DNA from: Peptococcia bacterium
Lineage (GTDB): Bacteria; Bacillota; Peptococcia; DRI-13; DTU073
Length of the DNA stretch: 64,000 nucleotides
Direction of reading: 5' to 3'
Assembly (NCBI GenBank): GCA_050951565.1
Contig: JBMNJH010000007.1
Location: 14,515 to 78,514, forward strand
Shown: one piece after another, positions 17,281 through 26,014 of the stretch
Layout of the letters: the number at the start of each line of letters is the position of its first letter
How positions within the stretch are numbered: the first letter of the stretch is position 1
Notes under the pieces: generated by a model
The model's input: the letters and a program-made list of their open reading frames with translations, nothing else
The model's database searches: none
What the model was told of the DNA's origin: nothing
Translations under genes and position numbers: made by a program

Positions 17281-17922
17281 CTAATCCACACCTAATTCTA
17301 CAAAAGCCTTGGTAATATTAGATTTCGTAATGCGGCCAATTACCTCCAGCCCTTCTCGTCCATTATGAAAGATTGGTTGAACCACTGGTAGAGAATCGAT
17401 TTCATGGTCAACCAGTTTTTTGGCGGCTTCCCACAAAGAATCATCGGCAGTCACGGTAACCACATTGGGCATCCGGGTCATTATCACATTAATCGGTATT
17501 TTATGAATATCGGCCTGTCCAAGGACAATCTTCAAGAGGTCTTTGCGGGAAACAACCCCTTCCAGAATGCCTCCCTCGCTGATAATATACAAAGTACCCA
17601 CATCGTTAAGGAACAGATTAACAATGGCATCATACACGGTTACATTTTCCTCAACGACGACCGGAGCCGACTTCCAATCAGCGACCTTCATTCCTTTAAC
17701 CGTTTCCGCAGTCTGGGAAGGAATCTTTTTGCTGGCAAGATAATAACCGACGCGAGGACGCGCTTTTAACAATCCGGCCTTCGTCAATAAAGCAAAATCA
17801 GGACGCAAGGTAGCTCGAACTACCCCTAACAGATCTGCAATATCTTCTCCGATAATTGGTCCGTGCTCTTCTACAATTTTGATAATCTGCTCCTGGCGCT
17901 TTGTCAGACGAATAATGACCAC
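17281..17922 (-). CDS. ccpN: CcpN-like transcriptional regulator (HTH plus two CBS domains)
   Basis: RLTKRQEQIIKIVEEHGPIIGEDIADLLGVVRATLRPDFALLTKAGLLKARPRVGYYL closely parallels the B. subtilis CcpN N-terminus and is followed by a CBS pair. The true start is uncertain: GTG 17922 is proposed, and the track ATG at 18000 adds an AT-rich extension. Confidence 0.7.
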   Translation of the reverse strand: MVIIRLTKRQEQIIKIVEEHGPIIGEDIADLLGVVRATLRPDFALLTKAGLLKARPRVGYYLASKKIPSQTAETVKGMKVADWKSAPVVVEENVTVYDAIVNLFLNDVGTLYIISEGGILEGVVSRKDLLKIVLGQADIHKIPINVIMTRMPNVVTVTADDSLWEAAKKLVDHEIDSLPVVQPIFHNGREGLEVIGRITKSNITKAFVELGVD

Positions 17923-18030
17923 CTCGCATTCAATAATGTTATCATTATTACCAACATTACTATCATATACTATAACACATTTTAATATATAATTTACCAT
18001 TTTTAAAGGAAAAAAATTTTGGGATTATGG

Positions 18031-20112
18031 TCATTTGTCCACAACGATTTTACCAAGATCCCCCACCTTTTTGGTCAAAGCAACTACCTCCGCCAGTAGT
18101 CCCAAACGGTTAATCCGCACCTGCCGGTCTTCCGCCATCACCATGACCGCGTCAAAAAACCGGTCGATGGGCTCGGCTAAGGCCGCAAGTATGGTAATCA
18201 TTCCCTGGAAATCCCGTTTGACTTCCAAAGGGGCAAGCTCAGCGGCCGTATTTTCGAGAGCGGCAAAAAGGACTTTTTCCGTATCGTCACTGAAATAGGC
18301 CGGGTTGATCTCCCCTTCCTCTTTCTTGGCCGCCAGATTCGAGGCCCGGGTATACCCGCGCAATAAATCCTGGAATTGCTCATTATCCCGCAGCGAGGTC
18401 AGAGCCTCGGCCCGGGCTACTGTGCTTAACAGGTCTCCGTATTCCACGCCCAATACAGCGTCAATCACGTCGTACCGATGCCCCCGGTCGGCAAGGATAT
18501 TCTTGATGCGGGACTGGAAAAATTCCTTGAGCCTGGCCGCCGTGTTTTCCCCCAAAGCAGCTTCGTCCAGCACTGCCCGGTAATTGGTCAGGGCGCTCGC
18601 AATCAGGTGGTCAAGATGCACTTCGAAACCATGAGCCAAAAGAATCTGGCATACGCCCATCGCCTGCCTTCTTAAAGCATAGGGGTCCTGGGAGCCGGTA
18701 GGTTCAATGCCAATGGCAAAGCAACCGGCCAGGGTGTCCATCTTATCCGCAATACTGACGATGGCGCCAGCCGTGCTCGCCGGCACAACATCACCCGCAA
18801 AACGAGGCTGATAATGCTCAAGGATCGCTTGCGCCACCTCTTCCTTTTCCCCGGAGAGTAAAGCGTAATAGCGACCCATAATTCCCTGCAATTCCGGGAA
18901 TTCATAAACCATATTGGTCACCAAATCAGCTTTCGCTAACTGGGCCGCCCGCGCCGCAGCACCTGCCACCGCATCAATGACCTGCAGCCTGGCAGTCAGG
19001 CTGCCAACAAGACGAACCACCCGCTCACTTTTCTGAGCGATGGTGCCCAGTTTCTCCTGGAAAACAACTTTTTCTAACTGGGGCAGGTAGTCCTCCAGCT
19101 TTTTCTTTTGGTCCTCTTCCCAGAAAAAGCGGGCATCGGCCAAGCGCGCCTTTAAAACCCTTTCGTTTCCCGCCCGGACGATGTGGATGTGGTCGGCATT
19201 GCCGTTCCGGACCGTAATGAAATAGGGCAATAGTTTTCCTTCCCCGTCACGCACCGGGAAATAGCGTTGGTGTTCCCGCATCGGCGTGATCACCACTTCT
19301 TCCGGCATCTGGAGATATTCTTCGGCAATACTACCGGTCAAGGCCGTCGGCCATTCCAGCAAATAAATGACTTCTTCCAATAGGCTGCTGTCTTCTTTAA
19401 CCCGGCCATTGACCCGTGCCGCCTGTTCCTGAATCTGCCGCCAGCATTCTTCTCTCCTCTCCTCCTGGTCGACCATGACATAGTTTTCCCGCATTTGCTC
19501 AGGATAAGTCTGCGGACTTTTTATCTCAATTTCAGGCTGGCCCAGAAAACGATGTCCCCGGCTCCTTCTTCCTGCCTGCAAGCCCGCTAAGGAAAAGGGA
19601 ATGACTTTTTCATCAAACAGGGATACCAACCACCGAATGGGGCGGGCAAAGCGCATCTCTATACTGCCCCAGCGCATCGGCTTTGGAAAGCTCAAACCGG
19701 TAACCAACTGCACAGCCAGCTCCGGTAATAGCTCCTCGGTGGCTTTCCCTTTCACTTCCTTCAGGGCAAAAAGATATTCACCGTTTCCGGTTTCCTTCAC
19801 GATCAAGCTTTCCACCGGAACACCCTGGGAACGGGCAAAGCCTTGGGCTGCTTTGGTCGGCGCTCCCGTTGCGTCAAAGGCGGCTTTTTTGGCCGGGCCA
19901 CGCACCTCTTCCTTTAAATCCTCCCCGTAGGCCGCAAGATCCTCAATATACAGCACCAAACGGCGGGGCGTCCCCATGGTCCGCAGGGACTTAAAACTAA
20001 TGCGATGTTCCTTGAGCTTTGCGGCGGCCATCGCTTGTAATTCTGCTAAAGCGCCGGGCATAAACTTCGCCGGTATTTCCTCCGTGCCAATCTCTAACAA
20101 ATAATCAGCCAT
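18031..20112 (-). CDS. glyS: Glycine--tRNA ligase beta subunit
   Basis: 693 aa. MADYLLEIGTEEIPAKFMP is the N-terminus typical of GlyS. It lies immediately downstream of glyQ. Confidence 0.95.
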   Translation of the reverse strand: MADYLLEIGTEEIPAKFMPGALAELQAMAAAKLKEHRISFKSLRTMGTPRRLVLYIEDLAAYGEDLKEEVRGPAKKAAFDATGAPTKAAQGFARSQGVPVESLIVKETGNGEYLFALKEVKGKATEELLPELAVQLVTGLSFPKPMRWGSIEMRFARPIRWLVSLFDEKVIPFSLAGLQAGRRSRGHRFLGQPEIEIKSPQTYPEQMRENYVMVDQEERREECWRQIQEQAARVNGRVKEDSSLLEEVIYLLEWPTALTGSIAEEYLQMPEEVVITPMREHQRYFPVRDGEGKLLPYFITVRNGNADHIHIVRAGNERVLKARLADARFFWEEDQKKKLEDYLPQLEKVVFQEKLGTIAQKSERVVRLVGSLTARLQVIDAVAGAAARAAQLAKADLVTNMVYEFPELQGIMGRYYALLSGEKEEVAQAILEHYQPRFAGDVVPASTAGAIVSIADKMDTLAGCFAIGIEPTGSQDPYALRRQAMGVCQILLAHGFEVHLDHLIASALTNYRAVLDEAALGENTAARLKEFFQSRIKNILADRGHRYDVIDAVLGVEYGDLLSTVARAEALTSLRDNEQFQDLLRGYTRASNLAAKKEEGEINPAYFSDDTEKVLFAALENTAAELAPLEVKRDFQGMITILAALAEPIDRFFDAVMVMAEDRQVRINRLGLLAEVVALTKKVGDLGKIVVDK

Positions 20113-20115
20113 GCT

Positions 20116-21081
20116 TTATTTCACCTCCTCTGCTCCGGTTGTTTCTGCTGTTTCGGCTGCCTGGGCCCCATTGGTCGCACCGGTTTTCCCGGCAGACCCG
20201 GCCGCTCCGGTCGCTTTTTTCAGCAACGGAAAACCTAAGGCCTCCCGTTGCGCCACATAGCCCTGGGCGCATGCTCGCGCCATATTCCGCACCCGCGCCA
20301 CAAAGCCGGTACGTTCCGTGACGCTAATCGCGCCCCGGGCCTCCAGAAGATTAAAGGTATGAGAGCATTTTAAAACATAATCGTAAGCCGGCTGGACCAG
20401 CCCTTTTTCAATCACCCGCATCGCTTCCTGCTCATAGGCATCAAAAAGCTTAAAAAGCAGGTCCGTATCCGCTACTTCAAAATTATAAATGGAATAGTCC
20501 ACTTCCCCCTGGTGATGGACGTTGCCGTAAGTAATGTCGTTCACCCATTCAATATCAAAGACATTGTCCTTCCCCTGAATAAACATCGCTAAGCGCTCAA
20601 TCCCGTAAGTAATCTCCGCACAAACCGGATGACAGTCGATCCCGCCGCATTGTTGGAAATAGGTGAACTGGGTGACCTCCATGCCATCCAGCCATACTTC
20701 CCAGCCTAAGCCCCAGGCGCCTAAGGTGGGCGATTCCCAGTTGTCCTCCACAAAACGGATATCGTGTTCCAAAGGGTTGATTCCCAAAACCCGCAGGCTA
20801 TCCAGGTACATCTCCTGCACATTGTCGGGGGACGGTTTGAGAATAACCTGGTATTGATAATAGTGCTGCAAGCGGTTGGGGTTCTCCCCATAGCGGCCGT
20901 CGGTGGGACGACGGGAAGGTTCCACATAGGCCACATTCCACGGTTCCGGCCCTAAGGCTCGCAAAAAAGTTGCCGGATTCATGGTTCCTGCCCCTACTTC
21001 CAAATCATAGGGCTGTTGAATAATACAACCCTGTTCTCCCCAGTATTTATTGAGGGCGAGAATCAGTTCCTGAAAATTCAT
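20116..21081 (-). CDS. glyQ: Glycine--tRNA ligase alpha subunit (with a ~33-aa Ala/Thr/Gly-rich C-terminal tail)
   Basis: [26 protein letters not shown] matches the canonical GlyQ N-terminus. Start set at ATG 21081, after AAAGGAGTG. The 83 extra codons in the track ORF cover the T-box leader. Confidence 0.95.
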   Translation of the reverse strand: MNFQELILALNKYWGEQGCIIQQPYDLEVGAGTMNPATFLRALGPEPWNVAYVEPSRRPTDGRYGENPNRLQHYYQYQVILKPSPDNVQEMYLDSLRVLGINPLEHDIRFVEDNWESPTLGAWGLGWEVWLDGMEVTQFTYFQQCGGIDCHPVCAEITYGIERLAMFIQGKDNVFDIEWVNDITYGNVHHQGEVDYSIYNFEVADTDLLFKLFDAYEQEAMRVIEKGLVQPAYDYVLKCSHTFNLLEARGAISVTERTGFVARVRNMARACAQGYVAQREALGFPLLKKATGAAGSAGKTGATNGAQAAETAETTGAEEVK

Positions 21082-21084
21082 TGT

Positions 21085-21345
21085 TTTTTTCACTCCTTTA
21101 CGAAGTACTATACAAAAACGAAAACCTCTCAACCCTGCAGCAAGCACGCTGCAGGGACGAGAGGCTAATCCCGCGGTTCCACCCTGCTTGATCTTCATCA
21201 CATTAATGAAAAAGACCCTCTTTTTCGCTCCTGGCTCAAGGCTGCCTCCTTCCCTGCCGCTTCTGGTCAAGCTTGCACCCTCCTTGACTCGCTGATATGT
21301 CCCTTCAGCAGGTACTCTTCCCTTCATCACCAGATTCCTGATTCA
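21085..21345 (-). promoter_or_regulatory. T-box riboswitch leader (glycine-specific, glyQS type)
   Basis: Minus-strand features are as follows. GA/K-turn element GTGATGAAGGGAAGAGTACC (21330-21311). Candidate GGC-A specifier at 21258-21255. Conserved T-box AGGGTGGAACCGCGGGATTAGCC (21184-21162). Terminator CCTCTCGTCCCTGCAG...CTGCAGGGTTGAGAGG plus TTTTTCGTTTTT (21164-21110), overlapping the T-box. Confidence 0.85.
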
Positions 21346-21422
21346 ATTGACGCTCCGCTGCGGAGCCCGACCTAACCCGGCCGGAGTCAAAAGGCTTACA
21401 GCCTAAACTACCCTCTTGCGGC

Positions 21423-21878
21423 CTAAGATTCCGCTCCGGGATCTTGCTTGTTTTCTTCTTCCAGAAAACTTAAATCACGTTTTTCCACTTGCCCATCCTG
21501 CCGCTCGATTTCCAAACTATAATTCGCAACTAAGGCGGCAACCGTGCCGACAACACTCAAAATGGCCAGAATCGGGCTGAGGAAGATTCCACCGATTCCG
21601 ATTGCTCCCACGGTGGCCGGGATCTCGATCACCACATGGTCGCCTTTCTTAAGTTTAACCCTGGTTACATTTCCTTTCCTAATAATTTCCTTAATATATT
21701 CGATTAATTGCCGCCCTTTTTCCTCCAGGGCGTCATCCCATTTGCGATGGGCGTCCTCCAGGTTAATCAAGGCCTGAACCACATCACCCCCTGCCCGATC
21801 CAGGGCTTCCTTCGCTTCCTTATATGTAACACCGAGCCTTTCCCTGATCACATCAATCTTTTCCAGTTCATCCATCAC
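21423..21878 (-). CDS. DUF4342-like protein with an N-terminal UBA/EF-Ts-N-like domain
   Basis: IDVIRERLGVTYKEAKEALDRAGGDVVQALINLE is a UBA/TS-N-like helix bundle. The C-terminal part is hydrophobic and beta-rich. Confidence 0.55.
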   Translation of the reverse strand: MMDELEKIDVIRERLGVTYKEAKEALDRAGGDVVQALINLEDAHRKWDDALEEKGRQLIEYIKEIIRKGNVTRVKLKKGDHVVIEIPATVGAIGIGGIFLSPILAILSVVGTVAALVANYSLEIERQDGQVEKRDLSFLEEENKQDPGAES

Positions 21879-21926
21879 AAAACCCTCCTGTTCTCTTTTT
21901 TAATATTATTACCATCTAAGGACCTT

Positions 21927-22679
21927 TTAATTTTGCGGCGTCTGAACGATTTCCCTGAGGATTGGCCGTGCCTTTAAGGGACACTCCAACTGAACCGCCA
22001 AATACTTTTCCAACGCTTTATCAAGAGCGCTCAATCCTCCGCCGCTCACCTTTAATCTGCCCAGTTTAGTTAACTCAATGCGCTGGAGCTGTTGCCACGC
22101 CCGTACACTCTCCGAGGTCATGGGCACCACATCACCCTGTCGACAAGAGCCGCACAGAACTCCGCCTTTCACCGCGGAAAAGCCAATCGGCTCGCCATGC
22201 TGCAAAATCCTGCCGCAGGAAACGCACCGCTCTAATTCCGGCATATAGCCTCGCTGCAGTAACAGTTTTACTTCCAACGCCCTCATCGTAAGTTCATCAT
22301 AATCTAAAGCCAAAAGATGAAATCCGGCCAGGGCCAGAGCAAATAAACTCAGGTCCCTTTCCCCGTCAGGAACAAATTTATCCAGCAATTCGCACCAGTA
22401 GCTGGCGGCGGCCATAGCCTCCATATTCTCCTGGATGCTGGTGAAAGCCTCCAGACACTGGCTTTGCGTGACAATATCCAAATTGCGGCCTTCATACAAC
22501 AGCATATCATTGTACGTAAATAACTGCACGCCACCCCGCAAACTACTGTTGCTTTTCCGGACCCCCTTGGCAATTACCGTTATTTTGCCTTTCTTTCTTG
22601 TAAGCAGGGTTAACAGGCTGTCTGTCTCCGCAAATTTTCTACTTCTTAAAACGATTGCCTTCGTTCTATAAAGACCCAT
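21927..22679 (-). CDS. recO: DNA repair protein RecO
   Basis: MGLYRTKAIVLRSRKFAETD... (OB fold) plus a Cys4 zinc motif (CVSCG...CGSC). Start moved to ATG 22679. Confidence 0.9.
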   Translation of the reverse strand: MGLYRTKAIVLRSRKFAETDSLLTLLTRKKGKITVIAKGVRKSNSSLRGGVQLFTYNDMLLYEGRNLDIVTQSQCLEAFTSIQENMEAMAAASYWCELLDKFVPDGERDLSLFALALAGFHLLALDYDELTMRALEVKLLLQRGYMPELERCVSCGRILQHGEPIGFSAVKGGVLCGSCRQGDVVPMTSESVRAWQQLQRIELTKLGRLKVSGGGLSALDKALEKYLAVQLECPLKARPILREIVQTPQN

Positions 22680-22715
22680 ACCCTCTTTCTCCATTCCCGA
22701 GACCGATTTATATTA

Positions 22716-22853
22716 TTACAAAATGTCTCTGCTGTTTTTTTCCGCTCTTTTAAACTTGAGACCTTGCTCGTGCCCAACTTTCCGAAAAAGAAGATATGCA
22801 CCAATATTTCCGGTTGCCATAAAATAGTTCCAAAACACTTTGTTTTGCCCCAT
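22716..22853 (-). CDS. yqzL: YqzL-family small protein (45 aa), missing from the ORF track
   Basis: Manual translation gives MGQNKVFWNYFMATGNIGAYLLFRKVGHEQGLKFKRAEKNSRDIL*. The W-x-x-F-x-x-TG-x-I-x-x-YLL core and the position directly upstream of recO match yqzL. Confidence 0.7.
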   Translation of the reverse strand: MGQNKVFWNYFMATGNIGAYLLFRKVGHEQGLKFKRAEKNSRDIL

Positions 22854-22956
22854 GGTTGCTGTTATCCTTTCGTCAGGTTTTGTGCTCAGGCTGTTTGGTA
22901 TTTGTTAGTCTGGCACCACCCGTTCTTTGTATACTGGTTTTTTGTTTCCACATCTA

Positions 22957-22985
22957 ATTATAATCGAATTTGGCAAAAGAAACAA
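22957..22985 (-). promoter_or_regulatory. Candidate sigma-A promoter for yqzL-recO
   Basis: TTGTTT (22985-22980), a 17-nt spacer, then TATAAT (22962-22957). Confidence 0.35.
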
Positions 22986-23033
22986 AGAGTAAAAATAGAA
23001 ACAAAAATCAGAATTCGGTTAAGGGTATAACAA

Positions 23034-23729
23034 TTAGACCGAAGACCCCTGGGCTTCAAGATATTCCCGGACAATCTTTTCGCCGCTGCTCGTCCCCAGG
23101 CGGCGCGCTCCGGCCAGCAATAGTTTTTCCGCTTGTTCCCAGGTCCGGATGCCGCCGGATGCCTTGACCCGCGCTTGGTCCCCGCAGACAGCCGCCAGCA
23201 ACCGTACATCCTCCACCGTGGCTCCGCCCCCGTTAAAGCCGGTGGAAGTCTTCACAAAATCCGCTCCCGCTTCCACGGCAAGCTCTCCGGCTTTTCTTTT
23301 TTCCGGTTCGGTTAATAAGCCTGTTTCAATGATTACTTTGACGATTTTCCGCTCGGAAAAGGCGCGGGCTACCTGTACCAGTTGCTGTAGTTCCTCCGCG
23401 ACAACATTGAAGTGGCCGTCTTTTAAGGCTCCGATGTTAATGACCACGTCAATTTCCGCCGCCCCGTCGGCGAAAGCCTGTTGCGCTTCCCAAACCTTGA
23501 TTTTAGCCCTGTTGGCACCCAAAGGAAAGCCCACCACGGTCGCCACCAGCACCGGCGAGTTTTGTAATTGCTGAACACAAAAAGGAACATAACAAGGCAG
23601 TACGCATACTGCCTTGAAAGCTCTCTTTACTGCCTGCCCGCATAAAAGCCGGTAATCCTTTTCCGTGGCCGCGGGATTAAGCAAAGTATGGTCAATGCTT
23701 TGGACAACTTCCTGCAAGGTAAACACCAA
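23034..23729 (-). CDS. deoC: Deoxyribose-phosphate aldolase
   Basis: VATVVGFPLGA, IDVVINIG, VKVIIETG, ADFVKTSTGF and VKASGGIRT are class I aldolase DeoC motifs. Confidence 0.9.
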   Translation of the reverse strand: MVFTLQEVVQSIDHTLLNPAATEKDYRLLCGQAVKRAFKAVCVLPCYVPFCVQQLQNSPVLVATVVGFPLGANRAKIKVWEAQQAFADGAAEIDVVINIGALKDGHFNVVAEELQQLVQVARAFSERKIVKVIIETGLLTEPEKRKAGELAVEAGADFVKTSTGFNGGGATVEDVRLLAAVCGDQARVKASGGIRTWEQAEKLLLAGARRLGTSSGEKIVREYLEAQGSSV

Positions 23730-23776
23730 AGACCCCCCTTAATCCCTTAATGTGCTTAGTGAACAAAAATTTCACC

Positions 23777-25147
23777 TTATAAAAGATAGACAATCAGGAG
23801 CGTCGCCAGCGTGGAATAAATCAACAAACCGGTAATATCTATGGCAGTGGAAATAAAGGGCGCGGAAGCCACCGCCGGGTCAATCCCTAATTTGCGGAAG
23901 GTCAGCGGCACAAAAGCCCCCATGGCGGCAGCGGTCAGCATATTCCCGGCCATGGCCAGCCCCACCACTAAACCAAGCATCGGTTTATCCTGCCACCATG
24001 AAGCGACAACACCCACAAAAACGCCTAATACCAGCCCAATCATTAGCCCGACCAAAGCTTCCCGGCACACAATCTTCCAGGCACCCTTCCCTTTAATCTG
24101 CCCGGTAGCGATCCCCCGTACCGTTACCGTCGAAGACTGGGTGCCCACATTCCCGCCCATTCCCGTTAACAAAGGGATAAAAAAGGCTAAGGCCACCACC
24201 GCATTGATTTGGTCGGAAAAATGGCTCAAAATCTGCCCGGAAACCAACCCGCCTAACATGGTCACGAAAAGCCACGGCAAACGAGCTTTTAAAGAGGTGG
24301 CAATTTTCCAGACGGACGTGTCTTCCTCGTCTTCTTCTTCCCCCGGCGCACCGGCCAAACGGAAGATATCTTCGGTCACTTCTTCATGAATGACGTCAAT
24401 AACGTCATCAACCGTGACAATGCCAAGCAAATGCTGCTGGTCGTCAATAACCGGCACCGCCAGAAAATTGTACTTCGAAACAATCCGGGCGACTTCTTCC
24501 TGGTCCATGTCCACCGGTACGCTAACCACCTTCCGGTGCATAACGTCCCGGATTAAAGTGGTGGGAGCGGCCACGATCAATTCCCGCAGCGAGATTACAC
24601 CCACCAACTGGTTATGGGTATTGACCACAAAAACATAGTAGATGGTCTCCGCGTCAGGGGCGATTTTCCGTAAAGTTGCAATCGCTTCCTCGGCGGTAAA
24701 GTCTTCCATGACGGAAACATACTCCGTAGTCATGATCCCGCCGGCCGTATCGGCAGGATAGGTCAGCAATTCCTCAACTTCGGTCCGGTCTTCTTTTTCC
24801 AGTAAATTTAAATAGTGGGTTTGTTCGGAATCCGGGAGCTCTCCTAATAAGTCGGCCGCATCGTCAAAGGGCATTTCCTCCAAAATATCGGAAGCTTTTT
24901 GCTGGTTTAATTGCCCCAACAATTTCAGCCCTAATTCCGTATCAACCTCGTTTAAGACCAGCGCTGCCGTTTCGTCATCCAAAAGCGACAAGACCCAAAG
25001 CTGCTGCTCCTCAGAAGCAAGCTCCTCCAGAATTTCCGCAATGTCCGCGTACTGCAACTGAGCTAAAAACTGCCTTGCCTGTTCCGCGTCTTTTTCTTCA
25101 ATGTATCCTTCCAATTCTGTCAAAAGTAATTTCTTTTCCTCGGTCAT
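23777..25147 (-). CDS. mgtE: Magnesium transporter MgtE
   Basis: 456 aa. Acidic N domain, CBS pair and a C-terminal 5-TM domain (GNVGTQSS, PFISTAIDITGLLIY). Confidence 0.95.
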   Translation of the reverse strand: MTEEKKLLLTELEGYIEEKDAEQARQFLAQLQYADIAEILEELASEEQQLWVLSLLDDETAALVLNEVDTELGLKLLGQLNQQKASDILEEMPFDDAADLLGELPDSEQTHYLNLLEKEDRTEVEELLTYPADTAGGIMTTEYVSVMEDFTAEEAIATLRKIAPDAETIYYVFVVNTHNQLVGVISLRELIVAAPTTLIRDVMHRKVVSVPVDMDQEEVARIVSKYNFLAVPVIDDQQHLLGIVTVDDVIDVIHEEVTEDIFRLAGAPGEEEDEEDTSVWKIATSLKARLPWLFVTMLGGLVSGQILSHFSDQINAVVALAFFIPLLTGMGGNVGTQSSTVTVRGIATGQIKGKGAWKIVCREALVGLMIGLVLGVFVGVVASWWQDKPMLGLVVGLAMAGNMLTAAAMGAFVPLTFRKLGIDPAVASAPFISTAIDITGLLIYSTLATLLIVYLL

Positions 25148-25377
25148 CCTGCTTCCTCCTTTCGACCGAAGCAGAACTAAAAGAGGAAAGAAAAACTCAT
25201 GACAGAAGATTATTTCCTCCCTTTAATCCTGCTTCGGTATTGGTTGTTCAATAATCGGTCTGAGCTACTACAAGGAGGGTACGAATCCACAAAACTCACC
25301 TCTTTCCATTCGTTATTGGGCCATCCTTTTTTGCTCTGCTAAAGTAAACATTAACAACTATCTAATACTATTGTCAA
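25146..25377 (-). promoter_or_regulatory. mgtE 5' leader with a candidate promoter and a three-segment alternative-pairing element
   Basis: TTGACA (25377-25372), a 16-nt spacer, then GTTAAT. The leader contains segment A CCGAAGCAGGAT (25237-25226), segment B CTGCTTCGG (25174-25166) and segment C GGAAGCAGGAT (25156-25146, including the AT of the start codon). B is complementary to both A and C. The AAAGGAGG RBS lies between B and C. Confidence 0.45.
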
Positions 25378-25402
25378 GAAAAATTTTGCATCCTTCTTAA
25401 GC

Positions 25403-25439
25403 CAAAAAAGTTGCCTGGGATTTTTCCTCCCAGGCAACT
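25403..25439 (-). terminator. Rho-independent terminator of the small ORF 25504-25728
   Basis: AGTTGCCTGGGA / TCCCAGGCAACT 12-bp stem. On the minus strand it is followed by TTTTTTGG. Confidence 0.8.
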
Positions 25440-25503
25440 TACTTACCCTTTGATAACAATACCTATGACAACAAGGCATCTCTTTTCATTTTATTTGAAC
25501 GCA

Positions 25504-25728
25504 CTACCGTATTGGTCCCTCATTTATTATCCCGACATTTCCTCCGTTCAGGATTACGTTACCGTTTTGGACAGGCACGGCATTAGTATGTAGTTGGGAC
25601 TCCCATGTTACATCGATATTAGCAGGTCTAACATTGTCCAGCTCAAAAGTCGGAGCCTTGGGTGTTTTTTGTATCGCCTTTATTGTTAATGTCATCGACC
25701 ACAACATAATCACCATCACAAGAAGCAC
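25504..25728 (-). CDS. Hypothetical small secreted or membrane-anchored protein (~70 aa; start uncertain)
   Basis: Hydrophobic N-terminus (VLLVMVIMLWSMTLTIKA) followed by a polar Asn/Gly/Val-rich region. Candidate promoter: TTGCTC (25888-25883), a 17-nt spacer, then TATAAT (25865-25860). It has its own strong terminator. Confidence 0.35.
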   Translation of the reverse strand: MLLVMVIMLWSMTLTIKAIQKTPKAPTFELDNVRPANIDVTWESQLHTNAVPVQNGNVILNGGNVGIINEGPIR

Positions 25729-26014
25729 CGCTCCCAGCCCTTTAAAAAAACCATTGGCTACACAGCATCCCTCTCTTTTTTTAAAAAATGTTACAAATGA
25801 CTGCCTGTATTTCCAATTTTATTATGCATTTTTATAATCTTTAGGCACTCACATTTACCATTATAACTAAACTTCATTTCCAGAGCAAGTAAAAAATGCA
25901 TAACATTTTACACTATTTACTTATATTTCCTTTTTACGCTCTGTTTTCCGGAATTGTTGCCTGCTTTTATCTTCCGTATTTTTTCCCAAGCTTAATAAAC
26001 CCTTCCCTTCACCT

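Noticed and set aside
20116-21330. The track ORF extends glyQ by 83 N-terminal codons ([10 protein letters not shown]...).
   Set aside because: The extension covers the T-box leader, including its terminator. The canonical GlyQ N-terminus [15 protein letters not shown] starts at ATG 21081, after an RBS.
21361-21422. Short hairpins (AGGCT-GTA-AGCCT plus TTTTG; GCTCCG-CAG-CGGAGC) as the terminator of the DUF4342 gene or the promoter of the T-box leader.
   Set aside because: The stems are only 5-6 bp with a weak or absent U-tract, and no convincing -35/-10 pair is present. This is too weak to annotate.
22764-23030. An 88-aa plus-strand ORF in the deoC-recO gap.
   Set aside because: It is antisense to the yqzL gene and its promoter, has no RBS, and its composition is typical of a shadow frame.
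25270-25295. tRNA T-arm-like string GGGTACGAATCC on the plus strand.
   Set aside because: There is no complementary T-stem, acceptor stem or anticodon arm around it. It lies inside the mgtE leader on the opposite strand.
25148-25400. I expected an M-box (ykoK) riboswitch upstream of mgtE.
   Set aside because: I could not align the conserved M-box core by eye, and the leader upstream of the hairpin is shorter than a typical M-box. I report it as an unclassified structured leader. A covariance-model search is still needed.
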